A stretch of 64,000 nucleotides of DNA from Nemertoderma westbladi (lineage: Eukaryota > Animalia > Xenacoelomorpha). Both the position numbers and the translations under genes were made by a program. Below the pieces are notes generated by a model, which made no database searches, had not been told where the DNA came from, and was given only the letters and a program-made list of their open reading frames with translations. The DNA is taken from assembly GCA_032718475.1 (NCBI GenBank), contig JAUCBJ010003353.1, forward strand, positions 1 to 64,000, given 5' to 3'. The number at the start of each line of letters is the position of its first letter. The first letter of the stretch is position 1. Positions 38,127-51,455 of this stretch are shown here, piece by piece.

Positions 38127-38156
38127 GAATTAATCCGAGTGGGCTGCTATATATAG
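38123..38156 (-). promoter_or_regulatory. TATA box plus TCAGT initiator core promoter
   Basis: Minus-strand TATATATAG at 38155-38147 and TCAGTC at 38128-38123. The TATA T lies 29 nt upstream of the Inr A. Confidence 0.55.
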
Positions 38157-41100
38157 TTAATATGGAGAAACAGAATACCTAATGCAAAATGCAATTATAA
38201 CTAATAAATTTCTACAAAGTCACGATGTGATAAAGTCCCTAAGGGCGAATAGAGTAGAGAGATCATACATGAAGATGTACGACTCACACAACACAGTATT
38301 TCTGTTTATTATCATGTTTCAATTAGTAAATGTCAAATATTAGCGAAAAGGTAAGTTGAAGTTGGAATGTGACTTGAATAATAGAGATTTACCGCAGTTT
38401 TCACTATGAGGCCGTGATAACACAATATACATATTGTATACTCATATTCTATATTTTAATAAGCGCACGAAAATGATGGTTACCAAAACTCCTTTAAGAT
38501 CACACTTTGCTTCGTATTTCCGAATATTTAATTGAAATATGAGTCGATTGTGACAGTCCTCGCCTGACACGTGACAGTTTGTTGAATTTAAATAAAAATT
38601 TAATATTTTACAAATGCAAAAACAAAATAAAGATTCTACTAAACCAAATCATTAATTATGAAAACAAATTGCTTTACCGGTATTAACCTAGAAACAGCAA
38701 TATTTTCAAAAAAACATACAATTGCGTATATTTCAAACTGAAATTCCTGTTTGGATCTAAAATTGGAATAAAACATTCCGCAGGCAGTAAGGATGATTTG
38801 AATTTGACTTCCATCTATGAAAATACTTGACAATACTTTTTCATTTTTGAATGGCTATAGGGCGAAATCAGCAATAGCGACCCATTGGCCTTCTTCGGAT
38901 TTTTAATTTCCATCCCACAAAGATATTATCAACACTATTATTTTCATTACAGTTATTATTCCCTAGTATTAAAGTTACTACGTATGGAAAGGCGGTGTCA
39001 CAAGGATTCCAATTCAGTGAACATAAATTAATTTCGTTAGTGAATAGCCGAGATATGGGCTTCCGAAATTTCTAAGACTTTAGTTCTCTATAGAAACTCA
39101 TATTAATTCTTGCAACGCCACATATTAATCTTAGATAAATTACCTATAATACATATAAGGTTACAATTTACGACTCATGGTTCGTTTTGATGGTTCATTT
39201 TTTCAAAGCTGGTAAAATTTTTCGAAGGAGAGAATACAAATTAATTGTGACTATCCTTATGATTATGATTATCCTTGTGATTATCCTTTGGAAAGAAAAA
39301 GTTATCTAATTTAATTTGTACCAACTTTCCGTTACCAAGAAGAACAGGATATCGATAGCAACACATGGTATTCCCTACTAAATGGTTTAATATACATACA
39401 TATCATACATAACATACAATTTGACACGATTTGGCCTCTGTATATTTTCCCAGATTTCGTGAGTGTTGGGTAATTCCGAAGCTATACAGGTTTTCAAGGT
39501 CACTGATCACGATACAACTCGTTAAAAATCTTTCGTGGTAACGCAACTATAATAAGTATAACAATTAGCACAAATTTTCAAATGTCAAATTTAAATTTGG
39601 TTAGATAATGATAGAACTTGTTAAAAATATTTTATGGTTGTCTAACCATAAAATTTATCATCAATTTTCGCAACTGGTATTTTCCGTATTCTCGTATTTT
39701 CCATAATCAATCAGAAACGGAATTTTTGAGCGTCATATACGAATTCAGTACGCTGAAAACCCATAAGGCCTTAAGGCTTTATGGGTTTTCAACGTTGATT
39801 TTTTGTTATTGATTTTTGACTATCAAATGTACTACATATATTTTTTGCGCCACCTTTGGCACATGTCCAAGAGTTACACAATGAATCGTATACGATATTA
39901 TTGTGTGTCATTTTCTTGATCAGAATCCCAGAAAACCCCTAATGTTATAAAGTCAGGTTGATTTGGTGAAGATTTTTGATTATAAAATTTGTGCTACTTG
40001 TATTTTTCGTGCCTCAACTATATTGACACATATCCACCAATGCATCAATAAGGTGCGACATATTTCAGTGTTTTATTCGTGATCGGCATCGCTTTTAATC
40101 CACATACATACATAATACATACATGCACACATCACAAGCAGATCCACAAGTTAATAAAATAAGTTTAATTTGGTGGTGATTTTTCATTATAATATTTGCT
40201 CAACATGTTTTTTTCGTGCCACGAAAAAGAATGGAGTGGGTGTTAGACTCGGACCACACACGGACCGGCTGTTGGATAGCACATTAATTTTTAGGAAAAG
40301 TCTAGAAATCTTGATTTTCTCAACAAGCCTGGATCAAAGATACAGACGAATTACTGTACAAAAAAAATTCTAAAATGGCCCCCACCCCGGCCCGGTCCAA
40401 ATAGGGTTAAACTGAAAGTTTTAAATTTTACTACATATTCAACATCATCCACAATTTAACAAATTGTATGACACCAAAACTATGAAATTCCACAATTATT
40501 TTGCCAATTTTCATTGACATTTTTGGAATTTAGTTGGCTTTATTTAATAAATTAGAAGATACATTAACAAACTATACATTACAACCATTGGAGATATTGT
40601 GATACTGCAATTAACACATAATATCCGGCATTTATTGCAGTATTTATTTCACTGTGAAAGTAATTTAAGGTTTATTTAACTGACAAAATAAAGTGGTGGC
40701 ACATATGATTTATAATGTACCGGAAACATTTACATAATGACAATAACCAACCACCAACAATTCTACTTTAACCCAGAGCCAATCGTGTAATTCAGGATTT
40801 TTTTGGTAAGATGTTAATGAGGCGCGTGATGATTAGATGATTATTCGCCAATGCTGAGTTAGTAAGTAGGCTTACTTGTAACCTTTAGCTGCAATTCGTT
40901 AGTTAGTAGTTAAATATCAGTGGTATCATTTATATATGTTGCCGCTTATTGAGTAGGTAGGTATGCACTTCTAGTTATAGTATGGGGATCGCTAACAATT
41001 AATAACAGCCGGATTACGACATGTGGATGCCCTGTAGCAACATGAAGTGGGAGGGGGTTGCCTCCACTTCCTTGGAATATTAAAGGTTAAAGTTCCTCAT

Positions 41101-42255
41101 GTCTTCAATTAAATGTCATTCAATGATATAAACACCTCATTATATTATTACCCAATATTCAGTGTAGTAAACCCACTTGATCTATTGGTCCTAATCCTAA
41201 TGTATCATATTTATAGTTATGATTTTTCAGAAAATCTAATTTCTATAAAAAAGATTTGGTTTTGGTGTGTTAAAACCACCAAACTACCGTGGAATCAGTC
41301 TCCTTGTGGTTGTGTGGCAGCTGCCAAAATATACAACAAAATGATTTTATAATAAATTACATCTCATATAATCTAATAAACAATAGCCCAGATACACGCG
41401 CTACAGAGATTGGCTGAATGAATTAAATCAAAGAACCTTTGATGTTAGGTTCTTACATCATTTTTGAGGTCTACAAAGAACCTCTGCAGTTATGACATTT
41501 GTGGATTCCAAGTAAGCATTTGAGTCCACCCATAAAGTTAAAATACTGGAAACCCTAAGAGCTTTATCTTATGATTATGTTATGGAATAGCATTGGATTG
41601 TTATGTTGTGACACAGAAGCTCAAGTACTCTCACCAGATGGTGTGTCTGCTTTCTTCAAACCCTTGCTGGTGTTCCGCAAGGCGACACATTAGCTCCATT
41701 ACTTTTCAAAATTGTATTGGAATATGAAATGAGGACAGCAACATCTGGTGGAGATCTTGTATTCACACTACACGAATGTAGATATACGCTCTGCCTTTTA
41801 AAATGCTAGCTGGCTAAAACTTCTAATGATCTTATACTAAGTGGAAAGGGCTGCTTATTAGGTAGTTCGATTGTATAGAAATGCTACAAAACTCAATTCA
41901 TGACTGTTGATGTTAATGAAAAACGATTACCGGTATGCTAATCGTTATGGTACAATACCATCTGTTTAAACTAATCTATGTAAGTGGAAACTGATGATTC
42001 AGTGGACACTGATGGAGAATAAAAAACTAGGTCATTCTAGATCTTTTTTTCTGGCATCCAGCACTGGAACTGGAAACGAACCGAAATTGCAATATCGAGC
42101 GAGAATCAGGAAGTCTGATTGGTCTTAAAGGACTGTTCGAGCTCACTCGACTTAGTAGTAACAGTAAGCTTTGTTATCACATATGGTGATGGAAGTATTA
42201 ATTTGTTGATAAAAGTATTAAATAATTAATTATATTATATTCGATATGTCTCATT

Positions 42256-42685
42256 ATATTTATTATAGGAAGGGATCTAGGGGTCTTAACCTCAAATGAT
42301 AAGTTTATTTTACCGAAAATAACTTATCTTTTATTGGCGCAATTGTAGGACTAATCCCATCACATGCATACTTTTTAACCGGGTATTGTACAAATTTAGG
42401 AATTGCGTAATGTTTTTTTCTTGAAATTAATATCTCATATCTCTCCAAACCACATACGCGTTTTGACCTTACTGGGTCTCATCAGCGAGGTGTCGGATTC
42501 GAACCTGGGACCTCGAGGTGGAAAAAAAAAATTACGCGATTCCTAAATTTGTACAATACCCAGTTAAAAAGTACGCATGTGATGGGATTAGTCCTACAAT
42601 TGCGCCAATAAAAGATAAGTTATTTTCGGTAAAATAAACTTATCATTCGAGGTAAAGACCCCTAGATCCCTTCCTATAATAAATG
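42256..42685. repeat. Long inverted repeat (~165-bp arms, ~100-bp loop)
   Basis: 42256-42419 is the reverse complement of 42522-42685 with only a few mismatches. Confidence 0.9.
42449..42520 (-). ncRNA. tRNA B-box followed by a degenerate type I hammerhead ribozyme (SINE/retrozyme-like)
   Basis: Minus strand reads GAGGTCCCAGGTTCGAATCCGAC ACCTCG CTGATGA GACC-CAGTAA-GGTC AAAAC GC GTA TGTGGT. This gives the CUGAUGA core, a 4-bp stem II, GAAA mutated to AAAA, a minimal stem III, a GUA cleavage triplet and a partly paired stem I. Confidence 0.65.
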
Positions 42686-43799
42686 TATAATAACAAACAC
42701 CTTGAAAAATACAGCTTGCCAACACATTGTTACTATCATTATATTTGGTAGGCCTTTCAATGGCATCTGTTTGCGCTTTTATACCTTAACAGTTTAACCT
42801 GTTAATTTATGTATCTTATGTTGTCTGACAGCCCACACAAAATATGACCACAATAGAAGCCAATCTAGCGTGGCGTATGACCCAGCATGTGTGGGAGACT
42901 GAATTCTATCGGCAAGAGTTGGGTAGGCTACTTTGTATTATTCGATTGATCTCTACTATATAATCACCAAAAACTATGTTTACTTTCAGGGTAATATCAA
43001 CAGTTTCTTTCAGATGCTGCACTTTAAATATCAGACAAAGCTATGACTTACATTAATTACAATGGTTGTTTATAGAGCATCACGATTTTACATTCTTTAG
43101 GAATGTAGAATTATTCACTCGCATTCACTTTACTGACAATAATACTGAAACATGCTAATTTGCTGACTGTTACCAATTTTGTTCATATATAAGGAGAAAA
43201 ATTAGTTCGCTTACGTTGGGGTTATGAAATAGCATAAATATCATACAGACCACTGTAATTTGAGCCAAGCAATTGTTACTAATGTTCCCTTCTGCTTACC
43301 TCTTAATAATAAAGAAAGTTAGTTGGGATTATCGATTATTCGTACATATTCTCCAAATATAAACATCCATTTAATATGTTACTAAATAACAATGAATAAC
43401 AGTGAGCTCTATCACTCTAGCCACTGATGGTCTAGGGCAGAAGTCAGAATGAATGATTTTTGTCGCATTGCGGAATATTCATATGTAAACAAGGTTTCAG
43501 GAAACTGTAAAGTGAAAATTATGCTGATTAGCCATTCAAACAGCACAGGGGGCATGGAACAAAGAAAATACTGACCAATGCCTGGTGATTTCATCACTAG
43601 AGTTCTATACCAAAAATAAATGCTACAGGGTGTAAGTCTTATGTGTTCTCAAATTTCTTGAGACATTGCTGGTTTTAGAGTAGTTCACGTATTGCCCAAA
43701 AAAGCTACATTTTTGCCACAAAAGCTTTAACACCACTCCCAGAAAATGGCAATTAAGTCTAGAATATATACTTAAAGTTAAGTTTAACAATTCTTTCTA

Positions 43800-45800
43800 A
43801 TTTCTGTTCTCTCGCTTTATACTCATAGGGACATCAGTGGACTTCTTGTAACTCAGGGTGTGCATGTACAAATGTCTCACCATACTCAGGGTCTCTATTA
43901 ATAAAGCTGATCAAATGGTAAGATTGAATATGGTTTGGATTAATATTGCATAAATATTTCTGGACGTATTTGGTGGAAATACACTCACCAATGTGTTTGA
44001 TTAATTCGTAGCTGGGAATACGAGTTCTCTGTTTGACCTGAGGGAAGAGATAGGGGTGGGATGCATACACTTCCTCCCTCGCATGGTGTAGATGGCCAAG
44101 GAAGAACGATGTGTCTGTGTCTAGATCATCGGTATTGTGTAGATCGATAGGATGTTAGGTAGTTAGGAAATCTATATACGTATCATTTCATTGAATGTAA
44201 CGAGAGGTGATGTTTTGATAATCTAATTCACATTGGAGTTGTTCTTCGGTCATTGGTGTCTCAATATATCGTTCATCATCCCCTGCAGTTTGTTTACTAA
44301 TATCACCACTTAATAATAGACGATAGAGGAACGCTTGTAGAGGTTGAGTACATCTCTCCTTAATATCCAGATTCTTTTTTATCAAGTCCATTATCGTATA
44401 TAAGTGAGAGTTTATCAATATATAGAGTTATAATAAGAAGGCCAGCAGGCGTCGCTACCTATATCGCGCCCCCTTTCAAAATTTGCGTCTCACTACTGTA
44501 AACACACTTTAGTAGTATCGTTCACCTATGAACACACAAATCCACATTCGCACTACAAATCATACATTTATGGCCACATTTCCGTTAGTCAGCGCTTTCC
44601 ATAATGTGAGGTTGTTGTTTGTATCCCTGGATAATATACACTATGTGTTTTATCCAATGAGCCAATTCTAGCGTTATTGTTGCTAAGGTGACATTTTGCA
44701 AAGCTAGCGGTAGAATTAGGGTATTTCTCCCAGTCAGCAAGTTGTTCGATTTCCCTGCCTGGGATGAGATTCCCTGTTCAGGGACCTAGATGCAGCATTA
44801 ACAGCATTCTTGTCCGCTGTAGTCCATCTGAGTCAGACTCACTCTGTGCCTTAGTGAGATCCTCTCTTCACTTCCGAATTCTGTGGTCCATCTTTTTTCT
44901 GCTATGAGGGTATACAGGAACTGTTTCTGTGGCTACTACTGGCTCTGTGTAGGCAGTATGAGGAAGACAATGATTAGTTGCCTCAGGTGCAAGGTCCTCA
45001 TACCTGTTGTTCAGTTTTAGTGTGAAGCTGGATCTTACACTGGGCTGTTGCAATAGAGAGGACCAATCATGCCATGGTAGAGTGCCAAGGTAGATTTCTT
45101 AGTTCTGCTCGCGCAAAGACCTTCAGTTTTACCTTCACCACAATAAGACGATGATTGCTGGTGAAGGTGCTAAGAGTAAATCCTGTACAGTCATGTACAG
45201 AGCGTATGAATCAGAATAAGGTCTATCTGGGACTTGTGACCACTGGTTCCAGTATGTGTCCAACAGCTTTCCAGTTGGCTTCTTGAACTGGGTCAAATCT
45301 GATGATCTATGTAATATAGATGTGTCAAGACAACCAGCCTGTGGTAGCATAGATAGTGGAGGAGTACCACCAATGCAGACCTCGACTTTACTGATGAAGC
45401 TGGTTAAATATTTATATACATTAGATGATGCCCAAGACTATTCCACAGTCTAGAGCATATGACATCCACTATTGTTCTATTTGTAAATGCTGCAACAACC
45501 ATAATTCTATGTATAAACGGCATCCCTCAGTAGGTATGGATCATCAGGCAGTGTGTTCAGCCATTGGATGTCCTTATTTGTATAGAAGAATTCTGGTACC
45601 TGTGATCTTGAATTTGCAGATCTGCTGAAGACTGCTGAATAGGACGGTATAACGCATGCGTGCATTATGTGGTAGAAGACAACACTCCTGATCAGTTGAT
45701 ACGACCTGTGGCTAATATATGCATGTTGGTATGTATCAATGTTCTCAAACATGGGTATAAACCTACGTACATATATATTGGATATTCTCATTACTTATAG
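43800..45800 (-). mobile_element. Heavily degraded, probably rearranged non-LTR retrotransposon remnants
   Basis: Scattered LINE-like motifs: LKLNNRYEDL, QFKKPTGK (NFKKANW-like), LNTLPDDPYLL.D, IDTYQHAY...RS. No continuous frame. Confidence 0.35.
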
Positions 45801-46825
45801 CCTTCATGAAGCTGAAACATTATCTCATCTATCTAATGGCTGTCCATATTATGAAACAGGTTCCAATCTGTAATAATGCAAAATTATATTACTACAATAC
45901 CCTTCTCTCTCATATTCTGTGCCTGACTACATACAATAAGACTAAAAATCTTTATGATTATTTATTAGGAAAAAGGAAGGAATACTCCGCACCTACATTC
46001 CACCTACACCTACATTAATGTCCGTTCACATCCAATAGAATAGTACACTGCGCAGTGTACCGGGTCTGTGGTACATCAACATCACTGAATGTGAATGATA
46101 CTGCAGTATAGGAGCGGATGATTTCGATTACCATTGACTGTGAACGAGCTAACATGTAGTTGTGTGGCACACCACGCGGTTTACCACAGCCCACTAAAAT
46201 ATTGTTAATAAAATGATTGCCTTGATTGTTGAATTAACTGTAAACAGATAGACGACCAGTTGAGTGTGAACAGGCTCCGGGTAGTGTACCTCTGGCTTAC
46301 CACTTCAATACCGCAAGACTAACCATTGGTTCCAAACTATCTGTCAAAGGGGTAGTTTCCCGCTCATGCTCTGGTGATTCTGCATGGGCCTTTCTGTATG
46401 GGCACAAACGCAGACATTTATTGATGTGGTTGATACCAGGAATTCCTTCTCAGGTCCATGCTACACATATTACAGTAGCAATGATGATGGGATTGAGGAT
46501 GCTCTCCATGTTTCCTAAGAGAACTAAAGAGGCAAAAGCTAAAGTAGATATCAGTCACATCATAAATATTATCAATATGATATCCTGGCTATTGGAAACA
46601 ATTTATTATACCCCTCAATCAGGCTTAAGGAGGATTATTGCATATAGTAATACTAGATAGTGTAGGATATGCAGATGACCTGATTCTTATTGCCAACATC
46701 AACACCTACTTAACAGCCATTTCCACTTTGTTCCATGGAAGTTGTGCATCTGCAAGCGTATTAGAAAGAAGGGCGATGTCAATGTGGAGGGCGTGGGATG
46801 GGGTAGGAGGTGGGTGGTGTTTGGT

Positions 46826-47054
46826 TAGCCCCCCCCCCCCCCCCTGGGGTAAAAACTTAATAAATATAAATTTTTCATTGCATCTAGAGTACAATTTAAA
46901 TGGGGAATTTAAATCTGAAAACCACTTAGAGAGATCTCTTTTAGTTCTTGAGTTATCGTGGAATATCTGTCTGCCAATCTGCCTTGTAAAATATAAGACA
47001 CACGGACAGACTCACGGAACACAGCCACTCTGAAAACCCTTATATATATATTTT
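46826..47054 (+). mobile_element. Possible HINE/DINE-like (Helentron-associated) non-autonomous fragment
   Basis: Poly-C tract, a CACACGGACAGACTCACGGA microsatellite-like block and an ATATATATATTTT end. Confidence 0.35.
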
Positions 47055-47690
47055 AGCTCGGTGGTTTGCTTCCTTCCTGTCATCAGACACTATTAACCAA
47101 CCAGACCTCATACACGCAATCTGGGTGGGAAGGTTTGAACTTTAAAGTCAATTATTTCATAATTTCATTTTTTAGCAGTAAAAATACTGCAATTGAAAGG
47201 CAATTTCATATGCTTCAATAATTTTCGGAATTGGAAGGATGGGAAGAATTGGAAGGTGGAATTTGTGACAACACCTAAATTTGGTGACAACAATCAGCAC
47301 AGTCAAAAAAATGGTTGACCACTATTAAAAATGCCCACAAACATTGTGAATAACTGTAGATCGTAGTACTACAAGTAATTCTGCCAGGTTTCAGCTCCGC
47401 ATATTGCCAGCAAGACACAGGAAAACAGACAAACGTCTGGGAACAACACTCAAAACAATGAATTCAGTATTCTGCAATACAGCACTACTGTTCACCAGTT
47501 GGACTTACAGTGTTGTATGTAGTTTATGCAGTTTGTTCAATGGTTGTCTTTCAATTGTATTAGTCTACCTGTAGTTCAGTACGGAAGTGCAAGTCTACCT
47601 AATTTTGTAAGAAGAATTGTAATGTATATGCCTAACATACTCGATGCTTACAGGGAGCTGGTCCCAGACCAAATATAATAATAATACCAC

Positions 47691-50600
47691 TGTAGCGGAT
47701 TAAACTTCCACAGTGAGATCTCAAAACAACGACCTTTCTCCATACAGACTTATTAAAGGGAGTTTGTGGACCAATATATATAATATACCATAAACTTAGT
47801 CTGAATAGTAGGCTTAAACATCACTTCTTGTAAACACCCGTACTTCCATGAGGAGCAGCTTAGTCGCTCAAAATTATTATAAAAGAAACTTATCAAACAG
47901 AACAGTATTAATTAACCAAATAGTATTTAGAAGTATGAGAATTAATGTTCACAACATAGTGAAGTACTATTAAAATTTTTCCAGGTAGAACAGGGGTGCA
48001 CTCTCAATATCTGAGTGTATGACATCCTCCCCGACAAAAACTGGCTGTGGTTTTTCAACAATAGGCTTCATATCCTGGTTTCCTTTATTGCTATCAATAA
48101 TGTCCAAAACATCATCAGGTAACTCATGCAGGCGAGTCTAGAACTCACCCTAAAGAAAATGAATGCGTTGAACTGGACAGTTAAATACCCCACGCTTGGT
48201 CTTTACTGTAACCGTACGAATTAGTCCATCTTTCCCAGGGTGAACAGAAATTACTTGACCCATAGGCCAAGTATAGTGACGGCGGTTCTCATCAGAGAGA
48301 ATAACGACATCATTTAATTTCACGGGTTCCATCTCTATCTGCCAATGCTGACAAGGCTGTAATGTATGTAAATATTCGGTATTCCACCATAGTAGCCAAA
48401 ACTTCTTTAAACAATCTTTAATGTACAAATAGCGCTTAGTAACAGGCAAATTGTGTTGCTCTGTTTCATGATCATTAGAAACAAGATCATATAGAGGACG
48501 AAGTGGACGTCCAATATTTAATTATTCGTAGTGGATCTCTGGAATCTGCACTATGGTAAGTCAAACATAGCTTCAATATCAGTTAATAATGTGTTCATAT
48601 CATTATAGGTTAGAAGAGCTTTAGCTACAATCTTCCTTAGAGGCTCCTTCATGCTTCTATTCAGTCTTACCCAAAAGCCTCCACGAAATTGACTTTTCGC
48701 AGTAATCAAGCAGACACATTGTTGTCATCTGTGACTTTCTTCATTTTAAAAATTGTACTTATGAAATTCTTTATAACTATTCTAGGCCTACCATAACATT
48801 TCTTTACTTTATCTAATGCAACTTCATAATTTTCTGCGTAAATTTCTAAATCTGAAATGCATGATGCAGCTTTATTAATGAGAGAGCTCTTAAGATATGT
48901 CATCTTGTAAAACTTACTAACATTGTAATTCTTATTAATGACAGCATCGAATTTGGATAACCAATTCGGGAAATCTGCATAGGTCCCATTGGAATGAGGT
49001 GCTTGAATGCCTGAAGGTAAACCCCCACAACTTTGTTCAGACTTCTCCTTTTCAAACTTATTCTGCATGGTTGTCTTGAACTTGGAGGCAGACCAAACTA
49101 ATGCTGTATTTTCTTCTTTCAATTCATTATGGCGATGTTCAACTTTAGCAAAAGCAGAATGTCCCATCTTATTTACGACAAAATTAACACATTGCTTAAA
49201 TAAATGTTCAACTAACCTTAATTAAACATCAATAGCATTAAAATCTTTGTCATCATCTTTCAATGCATCTTTCAAAACATGCAATCTTATTTGAACATTG
49301 ACTAGAAAAACGATTATATTCAATAATCTGATATAATTCATCAGATAAACTTTTCTTAGACGCAATCAGGAGCGAAATATTTTCTTTGAGTCCCCAATAA
49401 GAACTTTCAAATTTCTGACAATATTAACAATATTAATTCGTATGGCTTCATCGTCTAGGAGTTCTAATTTAGAGTCAACATATTTATCTTATTTTACTTA
49501 AACGCACTACTACTCTCACTTGAGCAGTTAAAGTCAGGATTAGAAGAGGCTCCCCGCATATTTAATTGAGGAGATGAAGTTTGTGGCTCTCTTGCAGATC
49601 CATTGGGAACAATAGCATTGATTATTCTAAATAAATCTTTAATAATAATCCTTTAATAAGTCTCTATGGAGAAAGGTCGTTGTTTTGAGACCTCACTCAC
49701 TGTGGAAGCATATTTTATGACCAAAAAGTCGAATTTTTGAAACACATCCTATCTGATGCAGAATTTCATGCTAAATCCAAATATGGAAACCCTTTTCCCA
49801 TATCTTGCTTAGTTTTCGAGATATCTGGGGGTAGAAGATATTGGCTCCGATATATTGCAATATTGGTAAATGTAATGAAGTTTGGGGTTTGTATTCAATT
49901 TCTGCAAATTTCTGTGCTCAGTGGTGCCAATGGGATGTCTCCACGAGAAAGAGCAGAAAATTTTAATTGAGAAGATATTTTTTTATGATTACTGGACCTA
50001 CTGATCAGTAACTGTTGAAAGCTTCCTGAGCAATCATACCTTGAACAAAATTTGCAAGGCATAATATTTTACCCAAATTCATGTTATGTTGCTTCACAAC
50101 CATTTTATCTTAAATCAAATGGTAAGTTTGATCTCTGAGAAAAGAGCTTTCGAATGCGCCTAAAACGAACTTCATACGACCACTAGAACTGGAGATTCCG
50201 ATGACTGCTAAGTATATTCCATGTAATCCCACAAAGACCACAGCGTCGCTTATTCGAGTCCCGTCTTTATTCTGGAGACTTCAAGTTGTCTTATAAACTG
50301 ATCAGTATGTCCAATAATCATAAAAAAAATACCTTCTCAATTAAAATGTTATGCTCTTTCTCGTGGGGACATCCAATTGGCACTACTGAGTACAGCAATT
50401 TGCAGAAATTGAATGCAAACCCCAAACTTCATCGCATTTACCGATATTGCGATACTGTATATTGGAGCCAGTATCTTATATCCCAGATATCTCGAAAACT
50501 AAGCACGATAAGGGAAAACGGTTTCCACATTTGTATTCAGCATGAAATTCTGCATCAGATAGGATATGTTTCAAAAATTCGATTATTTGGTCATAAAATG

Positions 50601-50983
50601 TGCAAAAATTAAAAATTAAAAATGCAAAATTAAAAATGCAAAAATTGAACTTCCGCAGTGAGGTCTCAAAAGAATGACCTTTCTCCATACAAACTTATTA
50701 AAGGGAGATCGTGAACCAATATATATATATATATATAATACCATAAACTTAGTCTGTATGGTAGGTTTAAATATCATTTCTTGTAAACACCTGTACTTCC
50801 ATGCGGAGCTCGAAATTATTAGTCACTCGAAATTATTATAAAATAAACTTATCAAATATAATAGTATTAATTAACCAAACAATATTTAAAAGTATGAGAT
50901 TAATGTTCACAACATAGTGAAGTACTATTACAATTTTTCCAGGTAGAACAGGTCGGAACAGGTCAATTTCTGAGTCTACAACA
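47691..50983 (-). mobile_element. Old, internally deleted BEL/Pao LTR retrotransposon
   Basis: Gag DUF1759-like segment GTYADFPNWLSKFDAVI...KMTYLKSSL...NYEVAL (48706-49167). Integrase fragment GFWVRLNRSMKEPLRK and C-terminal WPMGQVISVHPGKDGLIRTVTVKT (48150-48449). PPT GGGGAGGA is directly followed by TGT at 48024. Diverged direct repeats at 47691-48024 and about 50645-50983. Flanks ACCAC/ACCTC form a 5-bp TSD with one mismatch. Confidence 0.8.
49648..50705. mobile_element. Palindromic MITE-like element with ~370-bp inverted arms inside the BEL element
   Basis: 49648-50020 is an imperfect reverse complement of about 50290-50705. Confidence 0.75.
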
Positions 50984-51455
50984 ACCTCTGTAGATTTTTG
51001 AAAACAGTTACTTTTGTACTGAAATTTTCAAAACAGATAGTTCCGAATAAGGACACAAATTATTGATCCTTCCTTCTACTGTCTCGAAATAATTTATATA
51101 TAAAAGTCATAGGAACTGGTTTACCTTACACCAAGTTAGTTGATAGTAATATATCGCGGATCATTGACAGAACAGAACAGTTGCTTTACAAATAAATATA
51201 AAAATCCGTTATAACTCCCCTAAATACAGATATAATTATATCTGTTAATAATTAATGAGCTATTGGTTTTAATTAATTAAATCTTATTCGTATATATATG
51301 AACTGATCTGAATGAACTGAAGGCGGAATAAATATTTTTAACTATCACCAAATAATTTATTGATACAACATTACCATTTTTTTTTCACAAGATGTAAAAA
51401 TATTATCTGAATAATTATATTAGTCTACTTGAAAAATCTGGTCGCAGCACTATAA

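Noticed and set aside
40380-40410. piggyBac-like end (...ATAGGG-TTAA)
   Set aside because: I found no matching left terminus, so the element cannot be delimited.
46638-46740. GYADDLILIA reverse-transcriptase-like motif
   Set aside because: An isolated motif with no flanking RT domains visible; too short to call.
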